64,000 nucleotides of DNA from NCBI GenBank assembly GCA_028700625.1, contig JAQVSI010000002.1:3276-67275 (forward strand), given 5' to 3'. The DNA comes from Candidatus Shapirobacteria bacterium. GTDB taxonomy: Bacteria > Patescibacteriota > Microgenomatia > UBA12405. This document shows positions 9,877 to 18,998 of the stretch, piece after piece. The notes beneath the pieces are model-generated. The model was not told the DNA's origin, ran no database searches, and saw only the letters and a list, made by a program, of their open reading frames with translations. The stretch's first letter is position 1, and the number at the start of each line of letters is the position of its first letter. The position numbers and the translations under genes are program-made.

Positions 9877-11970
9877 CTAATTAAGACTTTTTGCAGAAAA
9901 TTGTTTTTCTAAAGAATTCTTATAAATTTGTAAATCTAGTCCGTTAACATAACAATCTCCATTTAAGTCAGATTTCAAAACTCCATTAGTAGCAACTTCT
10001 TTATTCCATTCATTCTTCATTGCGGCAAAATCAAAACCATCTATAGAACCATTTCCATCAATGTCTCCATTCAAAATTGACCAATTATATAAAGTTAATG
10101 TTTTGTCAACCAAATCAGATACTTTTATTAAACTAGTATCCCCAGAAACAAATCCACCAGTTTGTTCATTACGACCATAAAGAGTTGTTAATAATTTAAG
10201 GTGGCTATCTTTAATATTGGTTACATATATATAAATTTTATCTGTTAATAAGTAAGTATTATCAAGTTCAAAATCTTTAATTTCATAAACTTGATAACCA
10301 TCATTGACTACTTTAACCGTTGAAAATTTATCATCAACTTTAGTTGCTATCATTTCCCTTGTAATCCCCGCATCTCCAGCCTTGGAAACGTTTACTTTTA
10401 ATTTCATTTGTTGATCTAAACACTTATCGTTAGCACCAGCAAAAACACCAAGCATTGAAACTTGCATTGTTAATTTTGGTGCAGTATAACCAGGATCACA
10501 ATCAACTGTTTCAGTCGCTGGATGAGTTACACCACCTGTACAAGTTCCAGTTTTAGTCCAAGTTTTAGTCTGTTTACCAGTACTAGGACAAGTTGTTGGA
10601 GATAAAGCTGAAGTCCAATTAGCTGTAGTACAAGCAATATCACATCCAGTAACGGCACCACAAAGAGCTTCACTGGAGAAAGTGGTAGTTCCATTGGCTG
10701 CGGTTGAACTTGCACTGTTTTTAGTACATACCCAATTTCCAGTTGAAGTATTACAAGAACCTTTTGTAAAGATAGTATAAGTTGTTTGATTACATCCAGT
10801 GTAATCTTCACATTTTTCTTTATCAGAAAAAGTGGTACTTCCATTAGGCGCTGTTGTACTTGTACTACTAGTACATGAATATTTACCTGTCGAAGTATTA
10901 CAAGAACCTTTTGTGTATATGGTATAAGTTGGAATTGAATTTGGTACACAACAACGATAAGTTGTATCTGTTGGTTTACTCATACATAAACCTTTTTCAA
11001 TTTTTCCAGTTCCCCCATTACAAGAACCACCAACAGTTGATGTTTCCCAAACTTTACATACGCCATCTTTATCAGTACATGGTTTATCTAAAACTGTTGC
11101 CGGAGCACAACATTTAACATCACTACCACTACTCATACAATAATTAGTTAAATAAGTTTTACCATTAGTACAAGCAGTAGTTGTTTTTTGACAAACACCA
11201 CCCGCGTTTACACATTTAGAATCTTGAACAATCACAGTACTGCCACTAGCTACACAAGCACCATTAGAACAAGTTTTCCCGGATGCATAACAAGCTTCTT
11301 TAGAATGCCATCCAAAATTAGTTCCACCCGTAGAGATATTAGGATAGCTACCACATACATATAAAACTGTTTTTGATTGACTAGTAGTATTACCACACTT
11401 AACATCACCACTATTACCAACAACACTCACTGTTTCAGAATCAGCAGCGCAAGTTGAAGGAGTTGAAGTTGAATTTGAATTTGAAGAAGTTGAGGTTGAG
11501 CAAACACCATTCAATAGAAGATTGTCGCAAGTACATTTATAATCCAAAAAAAGAGGATTATTGTCTTTTTTTAGCTTACAACTATAGCCGACATCGCAAC
11601 CAACATTTTTATAACCATTACAATTTGAATCCGAAGAAACACATTGATTTCCAATACAATTACCAGAAGCACACATCTTATCCATAATACAAAGAGCTTT
11701 TATTGTTCTTGGTGTACCAACAAACTCAGGAAAATCTGAATAAGGAACATTCTTCCAGTCACTTTCAGAATACTCACCAGACTTAATTAGGTCATCCCTA
11801 CCAAGACTTGAGAATGTTACTGTTGAATTAGGAACACCCAAAAGTGGAAATGCTTTACTCCTATTTTCTTGACTCTTTTTAACCAAATTAGTGGTTAAGG
11901 GCAAAGCTACTGCTAAAACCAACATAACAACCATAACTACAATTTGGGAAATACCTTTTTGTTTGTTCAT
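9877..11970 (-). CDS. Large Cys-rich surface protein with C-terminal dockerin
   Basis: MNKQKG-ISQIVV hydrophobic helix; many Cys modules; GDIDGNGSIDGFDF and SDLNGDCYVNGLDL paired dockerin repeats. Confidence 0.8.
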   Translation of the reverse strand: MNKQKGISQIVVMVVMLVLAVALPLTTNLVKKSQENRSKAFPLLGVPNSTVTFSSLGRDDLIKSGEYSESDWKNVPYSDFPEFVGTPRTIKALCIMDKMCASGNCIGNQCVSSDSNCNGYKNVGCDVGYSCKLKKDNNPLFLDYKCTCDNLLLNGVCSTSTSSNSNSTSTPSTCAADSETVSVVGNSGDVKCGNTTSQSKTVLYVCGSYPNISTGGTNFGWHSKEACYASGKTCSNGACVASGSTVIVQDSKCVNAGGVCQKTTTACTNGKTYLTNYCMSSGSDVKCCAPATVLDKPCTDKDGVCKVWETSTVGGSCNGGTGKIEKGLCMSKPTDTTYRCCVPNSIPTYTIYTKGSCNTSTGKYSCTSSTSTTAPNGSTTFSDKEKCEDYTGCNQTTYTIFTKGSCNTSTGNWVCTKNSASSTAANGTTTFSSEALCGAVTGCDIACTTANWTSALSPTTCPSTGKQTKTWTKTGTCTGGVTHPATETVDCDPGYTAPKLTMQVSMLGVFAGANDKCLDQQMKLKVNVSKAGDAGITREMIATKVDDKFSTVKVVNDGYQVYEIKDFELDNTYLLTDKIYIYVTNIKDSHLKLLTTLYGRNEQTGGFVSGDTSLIKVSDLVDKTLTLYNWSILNGDIDGNGSIDGFDFAAMKNEWNKEVATNGVLKSDLNGDCYVNGLDLQIYKNSLEKQFSAKSLN

Positions 11971-12060
11971 TTTATATAAAAATCTTATAGAAAAGTAAAA
12001 CACTTTTGAAAACAAATATCAACGTGTCACTTTTATATTAATCTGAAAATAAGCTGATTC

Positions 12061-12690
12061 TTACTTAGTTAGCCTGCAACAAACTGGAGTTTTTCCAGAA
12101 CAAGTAGTTCCATTAATCACTGATCCACCCTTACCTATAGTACAAGTTCTCACATTACCAACACAAACACCACCTTTAGCAATACAACTTGGTTTTGGGG
12201 TTGGTGTTGCCTTGGCTAATTTACAACACTTAATATCATTAGCTCCATAAGTTCCTAAACATAACTTTGAATTCGATCCAATTACAGTTCCTCTAGAACC
12301 ATCAAAACTACAAGTCGAGCCATCTTTTACAGTAGTATAGTTACCCACTCGAGTACAAACCCCACCTGCATTTACACAACCCTCAGCCCCTGGTAATTTA
12401 CCAGTATCAGGCAAACAACAATAATAAGAAGTATTTTTACATAATCCTTTTACGGCCATTCCATTATATCCAGTGGATGTACTACAACTACCAGTTTGAT
12501 TATACGCATTACAAGTACCATATAATAATTTCCCCGTTAAATCCTTACTACTACAAGCCGCCACTCCTGCCGCACTACTTCTAGTATCCTGTCTATTTTG
12601 AATCACAGTTAAAAGAGCCAATCCAGCAATTGAAATAATTAACAAAATTAACAAAAGTTTTAGATTGCTTTTCTTTTTTATTTGTTTCAT
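12061..12690 (-). CDS. Membrane-anchored protein with three 6-Cys modules
   Basis: TM, QDTRSSAA, three C..C..C..C..CC units. Confidence 0.75.
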   Translation of the reverse strand: MKQIKKKSNLKLLLILLIISIAGLALLTVIQNRQDTRSSAAGVAACSSKDLTGKLLYGTCNAYNQTGSCSTSTGYNGMAVKGLCKNTSYYCCLPDTGKLPGAEGCVNAGGVCTRVGNYTTVKDGSTCSFDGSRGTVIGSNSKLCLGTYGANDIKCCKLAKATPTPKPSCIAKGGVCVGNVRTCTIGKGGSVINGTTCSGKTPVCCRLTK

Positions 12691-12709
12691 TAATCAATGA
12701 TAACAGATT

Positions 12710-13765
12710 TTATTTTTTCAAAACTCGACCAATGTCTCCCACTGTAATCAACACAATCAAACTTAAAAGCAAAATCATTCCAATATTGTTTACTACCATT
12801 TCTAATTTTTGATTGGCTTTTTTCTTAAAAATCATTTCATAGAAAACAAAAATTATTCGACCTCCATCCAAAGCCGGAAAAGGTAAAACATTAACTATTG
12901 CCAAATTTACAGAAACTATTCCAAAAAAATGAACAACTGCTAAAAATCCTTGATTTTTATTAATTGCACTAGTTGCTTCAAACATTCCAATTGGACCACT
13001 AACATCTTTTGGAACATTCCCAGTAAATAATCCTCCAATCATTTTAAAAACACCATTTCCAATAATTTTTCCCCAAAAATAAGCTTCTTTAAAACCAGCC
13101 CCAATTCCTTCATAAAATCGATACCAAGGCACTTTAATCATCTCTGTGTTTGAAATAGCAATTCCAATTGCCCCTTCCCCTTCTGGTGGATTTGCTCTTA
13201 CTTCCACCTCTTTTTGTACGGGCGTATCGCCATACGCCCCTACAATCTCTAATTTGATATTTTCCCCTTTATATTTCCCAACCTCTGTTGTTAGTTCATC
13301 TGGTTTTTTAATTTCTTTATCTTGTACTTTCACGATAATGTCTTCTTCTTTCAATCCTGCTTTTTCAGCTGGTGAATTTTTTGCAATTCCAATAATCTTA
13401 ACTTTGTTTGTTTCGGTCGGCACTCCTAAAATTGTATAAACCACACTAAAAATTAAAATTGCCAAGACCAAATTCATGAACACTCCACCCAACACAATTA
13501 TTAACTTTTGCCATGGCTTTTTATGATTAAAAGAATTCCCTCCCTTACCATCACCATCTTCTCCATATAATTTACAAAATCCACCAATTGGTAACCAATT
13601 TATACTATATATAGTATCCCCAATTTTTTTACCAATTATTCTTGGAGGTAAACCCAAACCAAATTCTTCAACTCTGACTCCATTTTTTCTAGCTGCAAAA
13701 AAATGACCAAGTTCATGAACTAAAACTAAAATTGATAGCGCAACTATAAAAATTATCAAATCCAT
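12710..13765 (-). CDS. rseP: RseP-type M50 zinc metalloprotease with PDZ domain
   Basis: HELGH, NWLPIGGF, NVLPFPALDGG. Confidence 0.93.
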   Translation of the reverse strand: MDLIIFIVALSILVLVHELGHFFAARKNGVRVEEFGLGLPPRIIGKKIGDTIYSINWLPIGGFCKLYGEDGDGKGGNSFNHKKPWQKLIIVLGGVFMNLVLAILIFSVVYTILGVPTETNKVKIIGIAKNSPAEKAGLKEEDIIVKVQDKEIKKPDELTTEVGKYKGENIKLEIVGAYGDTPVQKEVEVRANPPEGEGAIGIAISNTEMIKVPWYRFYEGIGAGFKEAYFWGKIIGNGVFKMIGGLFTGNVPKDVSGPIGMFEATSAINKNQGFLAVVHFFGIVSVNLAIVNVLPFPALDGGRIIFVFYEMIFKKKANQKLEMVVNNIGMILLLSLIVLITVGDIGRVLKK

Positions 13766-13791
13766 TCTTGATTTTAACAAAACAAAACTTA

Positions 13792-13872
13792 AAATTCGAA
13801 GTTATAATTTTTTGTGTCCTTGAACGTGCGACACACATTCACCAGACATAAAAAATTTGTAACGAGAATTTT
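13792..13872. repeat. ~80-nt structured hairpin repeat, copy 1 of 3
   Basis: Homologous to 34771-34852 and 40927-41024; long imperfect inverted repeat. Confidence 0.85.
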
Positions 13873-13881
13873 AAGTTTTGT

Positions 13882-14433
13882 TTAACCACGAATTTCCAAT
13901 TCTTTTTTCTTAGCTGTTTCTTCTAATTTTCCAATATAAAGATCTGTAGTTTTTTGTAATTCAGTTTCATCTCTTTTAAATTCATCTTCAGAAACTGATT
14001 TATCTTGTTTAGCTTTTTGCAAATCATTTCTAAAATCTGCCCTAGCATCTCTAATCATTACTCTAGCTCCCTCTAGTTTTCTACCAAGAAGTTTTACATA
14101 ATCTTCTCTTTGTTCTACTGTCAACATTGGTAAACTCATTCTAATAATAGTTCCGTCAACAGAAGGTGTCATTCCTACATTTGCCACCACAATTCCATTG
14201 CTGATTTCTCTAATTAAAGCTTGATCCCATGGTTCAAAAGTTAGACTTCGAACATCAGGAACTCCAATTGAACCTAATTCAATCAATTTCATTTTTTGGC
14301 CACCATAAACCGTCACCACCACATTTTCAATCAATCCCGGAGTTGCTCTTCCTGTTCTAATAGAGGCAATATCGTTAGTAAACAGAGCTACTATTTTATC
14401 CATTCTGTTTTTTACATCTGCAAAATTTATCAT
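13882..14433 (-). CDS. frr: Ribosome recycling factor
   Basis: IRTGRATPGL, LPMLTVEQR, KKKELE. Confidence 0.96.
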   Translation of the reverse strand: MINFADVKNRMDKIVALFTNDIASIRTGRATPGLIENVVVTVYGGQKMKLIELGSIGVPDVRSLTFEPWDQALIREISNGIVVANVGMTPSVDGTIIRMSLPMLTVEQREDYVKLLGRKLEGARVMIRDARADFRNDLQKAKQDKSVSEDEFKRDETELQKTTDLYIGKLEETAKKKELEIRG

Positions 14434-14504
14434 ATGTCAAATTATACCAAAAAAAAGCTCCCCTTCATCAAGGGGAGCTGGCGAGTAAAACGAGTCTGAG
14501 GAGT

Positions 14505-14963
14505 TTAAATCTCAAACCTAGAAAATCTATTAATCTTCATGTTTTCACCAAATTTAACAATCAAAGCTTTAACCATTTCTTCAATAGTTTTGCTTGGATC
14601 TTTAATAAATTCTTGTTTCATCAAATCTTCAACAGTTTCTGGATTCATAGCTGCCACTTGTAAACATATTTCTTTTGTTAAGTTAATGAAATCTTCGTGT
14701 TTAGCCACAAAATCAGTTTCACATAAAAGCTCAACCATAACTCCAATTTTACCTGTGGTATGAGTATAAGTAGCAACTCGTCCTTGGTGAGTTTCTCTTT
14801 CAGCTTTAGTTTCTGCTTTTTTAAAACCTTTTTCTTTCAAAATTTGTTTGGCTTTTGTTTCATCACCATCAGCTTCTTCCAAAGCAGATTTAATTTCCAT
14901 AATTCCAAGACCCATCTCAGCTCTTAATTTTTTAACTAATTCAATTATTTTTTTATTATCCAT
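14505..14963 (-). CDS. tsf: Elongation factor Ts (short form)
   Basis: VKKLRAEMGLGIMEIK, ELLCETDFVA, FGEN..RFSRFEI. Confidence 0.96.
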   Translation of the reverse strand: MDNKKIIELVKKLRAEMGLGIMEIKSALEEADGDETKAKQILKEKGFKKAETKAERETHQGRVATYTHTTGKIGVMVELLCETDFVAKHEDFINLTKEICLQVAAMNPETVEDLMKQEFIKDPSKTIEEMVKALIVKFGENMKINRFSRFEI

Positions 14964-15037
14964 ATTTTTAATTTTAAAAATTAATGTCCTCCCTTCTTCA
15001 AGGGAGGATGTCCGTAAAACGGACAGGTGGGTTTAAG

Positions 15038-15952
15038 TTATTTTACTCCTGCTGCTTTAATTGCTTTACCAATTTCTTCAACAATCAAAGTCACACTTTT
15101 AACACTGTCATCATTAGCAGGGATTGCTAAATCAATTTTAAAAGGATTTGCATCACTATCAACGATTCCAGTAATTTTTACATTTTTAATTTTTGCTTCT
15201 TTAATAGCTGTTTTTTCAAAACCAGCATCAACTACAAACAAAATATCAAAAAATTTATCGACATTAACTAAACCCCCAACAATCTTTTCTAATCTAATTA
15301 TTTCTTTATTCATTTGCGATAACTCTTTTTTAGTAGAGTCAACAAACTTTCCTTTTTCAATTCCTTCTTTAAAATCAGTTAATTTTTTAATATTCTTTTT
15401 AATTTGTTCCCAATTGGTAATAGTTCCTCCTAACCATCTATCGGTAACATAAGGAACTCCAGCTTCTATGGCCACTCTTCGGACAACTTCTCTAGCTTGT
15501 CTTTTAGTACCCACTAAAACTATTTGTTTACCATTTCTTTTAGCGTTATAAATGAAATTACAAGCTTTTTCTAAAGCTTCAAGAGTTTTAACCAAGTCAA
15601 AAACTTGAACTCCGTCTTTTTGAGTATAAATATTTTCTAATGATTTTGGATGAGTTTTAGAAATTTTGTGTCCTAAATGACTTCCAGCATTCAATAAATC
15701 CTTAAGTCCAACAGTTAAACTATATTTCTTGTCTTCTTTTACAGCTTCCTTTTTTTCTACTTCCACATCTTTTAAAGCTTCCGTAGCTTTAGCAAAGGAA
15801 GCTTTTTGAGCAGCAACTTTCTCGTTCATCTTTTTGATGTTTTCAGAAGTAATATTGCTTTGAGTTTTGCTTTTAACAACCAATGCTTTTTTAACCATAG
15901 ATTTTCCGCTACGATTGACGGTTTTTACGATCACTTTATTTTTTTCTGTCAT
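15038..15952 (-). CDS. rpsB: 30S ribosomal protein S2 with ~80-aa N-terminal extension
   Basis: LLNAGSHLGH, VGTKRQA, RWLGGTITN, IPANDDS; rpsB-tsf-frr order. Confidence 0.95.
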   Translation of the reverse strand: MTEKNKVIVKTVNRSGKSMVKKALVVKSKTQSNITSENIKKMNEKVAAQKASFAKATEALKDVEVEKKEAVKEDKKYSLTVGLKDLLNAGSHLGHKISKTHPKSLENIYTQKDGVQVFDLVKTLEALEKACNFIYNAKRNGKQIVLVGTKRQAREVVRRVAIEAGVPYVTDRWLGGTITNWEQIKKNIKKLTDFKEGIEKGKFVDSTKKELSQMNKEIIRLEKIVGGLVNVDKFFDILFVVDAGFEKTAIKEAKIKNVKITGIVDSDANPFKIDLAIPANDDSVKSVTLIVEEIGKAIKAAGVK

Positions 15953-16006
15953 TTTGTTTTTACCCATCCGTAGCTTTTAGCGAAGGAGGGTCCTCCTTAC
16001 TTATAT

Positions 16007-16047
16007 TTTTAACACCGGGTTTTTACCCCAGGATTCTTGTGTTAAAA
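16007..16047 (-). promoter_or_regulatory. Putative rpsB leader hairpin
   Basis: Minus strand ttttaacac...gtgttaaaa stem with inner ggg/ccc, between a TGaTATAAT promoter and the SD. Confidence 0.45.
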
Positions 16048-16135
16048 ATTTAAAAATTATTAACTTGGAAATTATATCATATATAAACAAAGTCAGAGAG
16101 CGGAAAGGAAACCCCGAAGGGAAAAGAGAAAGCAC

Positions 16136-16507
16136 CTAAGTGCTTCTCTTTTTTTGGAAAAAATTAAACATTTTCGGCAAATACCATCGGATACCCATTG
16201 GCACCAACCACAGGAAACACAAAGAATTGAATCTTTCCGTAAAAACAAAACTAAAAAAACCAATCATAGTTAAATTTAATTCAACAAATTGAACCATAAA
16301 CCTAACCATTTTCTTGTTATTTTTCATCATTTCTTTAGTTAAAAGAACCATTTGGACAATATTTACCAAAAAAACAAAAAAAAACATAAATTTAACAGTA
16401 GATAGAATACCTAAAGGACGAGATACAATTAAAAAAAACAAAGAAGCCATAAATGCAAACAATTTGATTAAATCAATCAACAAGATATCACTCATTTTTC
16501 TTTTCAT
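16136..16507 (-). CDS. Orphan membrane protein (3-4 TM)
   Basis: 123-aa hydrophobic ORF with SD AAAGGA. Confidence 0.65.
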   Translation of the reverse strand: MKRKMSDILLIDLIKLFAFMASLFFLIVSRPLGILSTVKFMFFFVFLVNIVQMVLLTKEMMKNNKKMVRFMVQFVELNLTMIGFFSFVFTERFNSLCFLWLVPMGIRWYLPKMFNFFQKKRST

Positions 16508-16520
16508 TTTGATTTCCTTT

Positions 16521-16607
16521 CTATTCCCAAGTATTTAGTTTGATAAAAACATTTTTTATCCACCATTCACAATCAAACACGTTAATTAATCTTAAAATTT
16601 TCCTCAT
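16521..16607 (-). CDS. 28-aa small ORF MRKILRLINVFDCEWWIKNVFIKLNTWE
   Basis: Strong SD GAGGAGG 6 nt upstream; manual translation. Confidence 0.5.
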   Translation of the reverse strand: MRKILRLINVFDCEWWIKNVFIKLNTWE

Positions 16608-16741
16608 ATTCTTCCTCCTCATTCTCTCTGACTTTGTTAAAGAACATGTACCCGTAGGCACTTCGGCTATATATAAAAGGTATAAATACCATTAAAAAAT
16701 AGTTAGACTAGTCACAGCGATATTGCCATGTTAGTGCTGAC

Positions 16742-16770
16742 ATCATACCACTTTTATGTACTTTTGTCAA
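16742..16770 (-). promoter_or_regulatory. Sigma70 promoter of orphan cassette 1
   Basis: TTGACA-17 nt-TATGAT on minus strand. Confidence 0.8.
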
Positions 16771-16831
16771 TATTATAAGATAAATTTTACCCTCTCCTTC
16801 ATTTTAGTTAAAATATTGTTAAAATAATCTT

Positions 16832-18997
16832 ATGTCTGATACTGCCAATCTCTCGATATTTGAAGTCCGTTTACCCCAAAACAACGAACATACTTTTGAG
16901 TCAATGTCTGCCCTGCTTTCAAATTTTACCCAATTTTCAAGTCTTTCTTTCTTTGAAAAATTAATTGGCAAGAAAAAAACCATTGTTTCTCTAGAAATAG
17001 TTTTAAAAGAAGGTCAAATTCATTTCTATATTGCTGCTCTTTCCAACAATAGCGAATTTCTCCGTTCTCAAATCTTAGCTCAATATTCCACCGCCATTTT
17101 AAGAGACACAAAAGATTTCCTTCTCAATCTTGATCCAGAATTACCAATCACTTATACTCAACTTGGTTTAGCTAGATCCTACGATTATCCAGTCAAAACT
17201 GCTAAAGATTTCAAAGACACCGACCCTTTAACCTCTGTTCTCGCTCCCCTTTCTAGATCTAATAACATTAAAGATTTTTTTATGTTCCAAATTCTTCTAA
17301 GTGGAGCTCCAAAAAATTGGCAGAGTAATATAATTGGTACTATTCAAAACGGAATTTTGGTAGACCAAGAAAGAAACCTTCGCACTGCCCATCCCGATAA
17401 AGCTATTTTGGAACAAAAAATTCAATTTCCAGGTCTTTATACTCAAATGAATCTTCTTACCAACAACCCTGCTCTAATGGTTTCCGTTTCTTCCTCTTTT
17501 GGTGCCTACACTAATCCTCGTGGTAATTTTATTAAAAGCTTCACTCCAGGGTTTTTTACAAAAAAGAAACTTAAAGAATCAATTTACCTTCGTAAATTTA
17601 ATCCAAAATTAAAAAGTCAAATTTTTAACACCGAAGAATTAGCTGCCATTTGGCATTTTCCAAATCTAAACACTAAACTTCCCAACATTGCTTGGGGTAA
17701 AAAACTCTATTCTGACCCCCCTGAAAATCTTCCAATTGCTGACGATTTAACTGCAGAAGAAAAAAACAAAATCACCTTTTTTGCCAAAACTGAATATCGC
17801 AACAAAGATTCGATTTTTGGCATCAAAGAAGGCGAAGATCGCCGTCGCCACACCTATATTATCGGTAAATCTGGTACTGGTAAAACTACTCTTATCGCCA
17901 ATATGGCCATCGATGATATTCGTAAAGGTCGCGGTGTAGCTGTTATCGATCCTCATGGTGATTTATGCAATAACATTCTTGACTATATTCCTAGTAATCG
18001 TGTTAATGATTGTTGTTATTTCAACCCCGCCGATCCAGATTATGTCTATCCTCTAAACGTTTTAGAAACCAAAAATGAATCCCAAAAAGAGCTGATTGCT
18101 TCTGGTGTTCTCTCTATTTTTAAAAAGCTTTATGGAAATATTTCTTGGGGTCCTCGTCTTGAACATATTTTAAGAAATACTGTTTTAACTTTAGTCAACA
18201 CTCCAGGAAGCGATCTTACTCACATTGTCGAAATTTTAACCAATAAAAACTACCGAGAAAAAGTTGTTTCTAAATTAACCAATCAAACTTTAATTAATTT
18301 TTGGCAAAATGAATTTAGTAGAATGGATCCAAAATTTCAAAATGAAGCTGTTTCTCCTATTTTAAACAAAGTTGGCCAATTCATTTCTTCAACCAATATC
18401 AGAAATACTGTTGCTCATGCCAAATCAAAAATAAATATCCAAGAAATTATGGACCAAAAGAAAATTTTAATTGCCGATCTTTCGACTGGTCGTCTTGGTG
18501 AAGATAATTCTGCTCTTTTAGGTGCCATGTTAATTACTCAAATTCAACTTTCAGCCATGAATCGTGTTTTTCAAACCAGCGATGAACGTTCCGATTTTTA
18601 TCTCTATGTCGATGAATTCCAAAACTTTGCCACTGAGGCTTTTATTAAAATTCTTTCAGAAGCCCGTAAATTTAAATTAAATCTTATTGTTGCCAATCAA
18701 TACATGTCCCAATTGGACAAACCAATTCAAGATGCTATTCTAGGCAACATTGGTTCAATTATGTCTTTTGTGGTCGGTAATCAAGATGCTTTTATCCTTG
18801 CCAAAGAATTTGGACCTCAATTCCCACCAGAAGATTTAATCAAAATTGGTAAATATCAGATAGTCTGTAAACTTTCTATCGATTCTGAAACAACTCAACC
18901 TTTCTATGCCACCACCCTAGCTCCACTTTCTTGTAAAAATCAACAACGCGACAAATTAATCCACACCTCTCAAGAACGCTGGGGTAAAAAGAAGTAA
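16832..18997 (+). CDS. HerA/VirB4/TraG-like ATPase (T4SS coupling-protein-like)
   Basis: HTYIIGKSGTGKT, IDPHGDL, LYVDEFQNF, LSEARKF, ANQY. Confidence 0.88.
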   Translation: MSDTANLSIFEVRLPQNNEHTFESMSALLSNFTQFSSLSFFEKLIGKKKTIVSLEIVLKEGQIHFYIAALSNNSEFLRSQILAQYSTAILRDTKDFLLNLDPELPITYTQLGLARSYDYPVKTAKDFKDTDPLTSVLAPLSRSNNIKDFFMFQILLSGAPKNWQSNIIGTIQNGILVDQERNLRTAHPDKAILEQKIQFPGLYTQMNLLTNNPALMVSVSSSFGAYTNPRGNFIKSFTPGFFTKKKLKESIYLRKFNPKLKSQIFNTEELAAIWHFPNLNTKLPNIAWGKKLYSDPPENLPIADDLTAEEKNKITFFAKTEYRNKDSIFGIKEGEDRRRHTYIIGKSGTGKTTLIANMAIDDIRKGRGVAVIDPHGDLCNNILDYIPSNRVNDCCYFNPADPDYVYPLNVLETKNESQKELIASGVLSIFKKLYGNISWGPRLEHILRNTVLTLVNTPGSDLTHIVEILTNKNYREKVVSKLTNQTLINFWQNEFSRMDPKFQNEAVSPILNKVGQFISSTNIRNTVAHAKSKINIQEIMDQKKILIADLSTGRLGEDNSALLGAMLITQIQLSAMNRVFQTSDERSDFYLYVDEFQNFATEAFIKILSEARKFKLNLIVANQYMSQLDKPIQDAILGNIGSIMSFVVGNQDAFILAKEFGPQFPPEDLIKIGKYQIVCKLSIDSETTQPFYATTLAPLSCKNQQRDKLIHTSQERWGKKK

Positions 18998-18998
18998 A

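Noticed and set aside
10527-11687. Alternative-frame ORFs inside the Cys-rich gene, and similar antisense ORFs elsewhere (e.g. 15027, 32693, 58557)
   Set aside because: Shadow frames of well-supported genes with no independent signals
16650-16735. Possible c-di-GMP-I riboswitch (ggcaa..gtctaa) in the cassette 1 leader
   Set aside because: Lacks the GAAA-capped P2 stem and GCAAAGC motif
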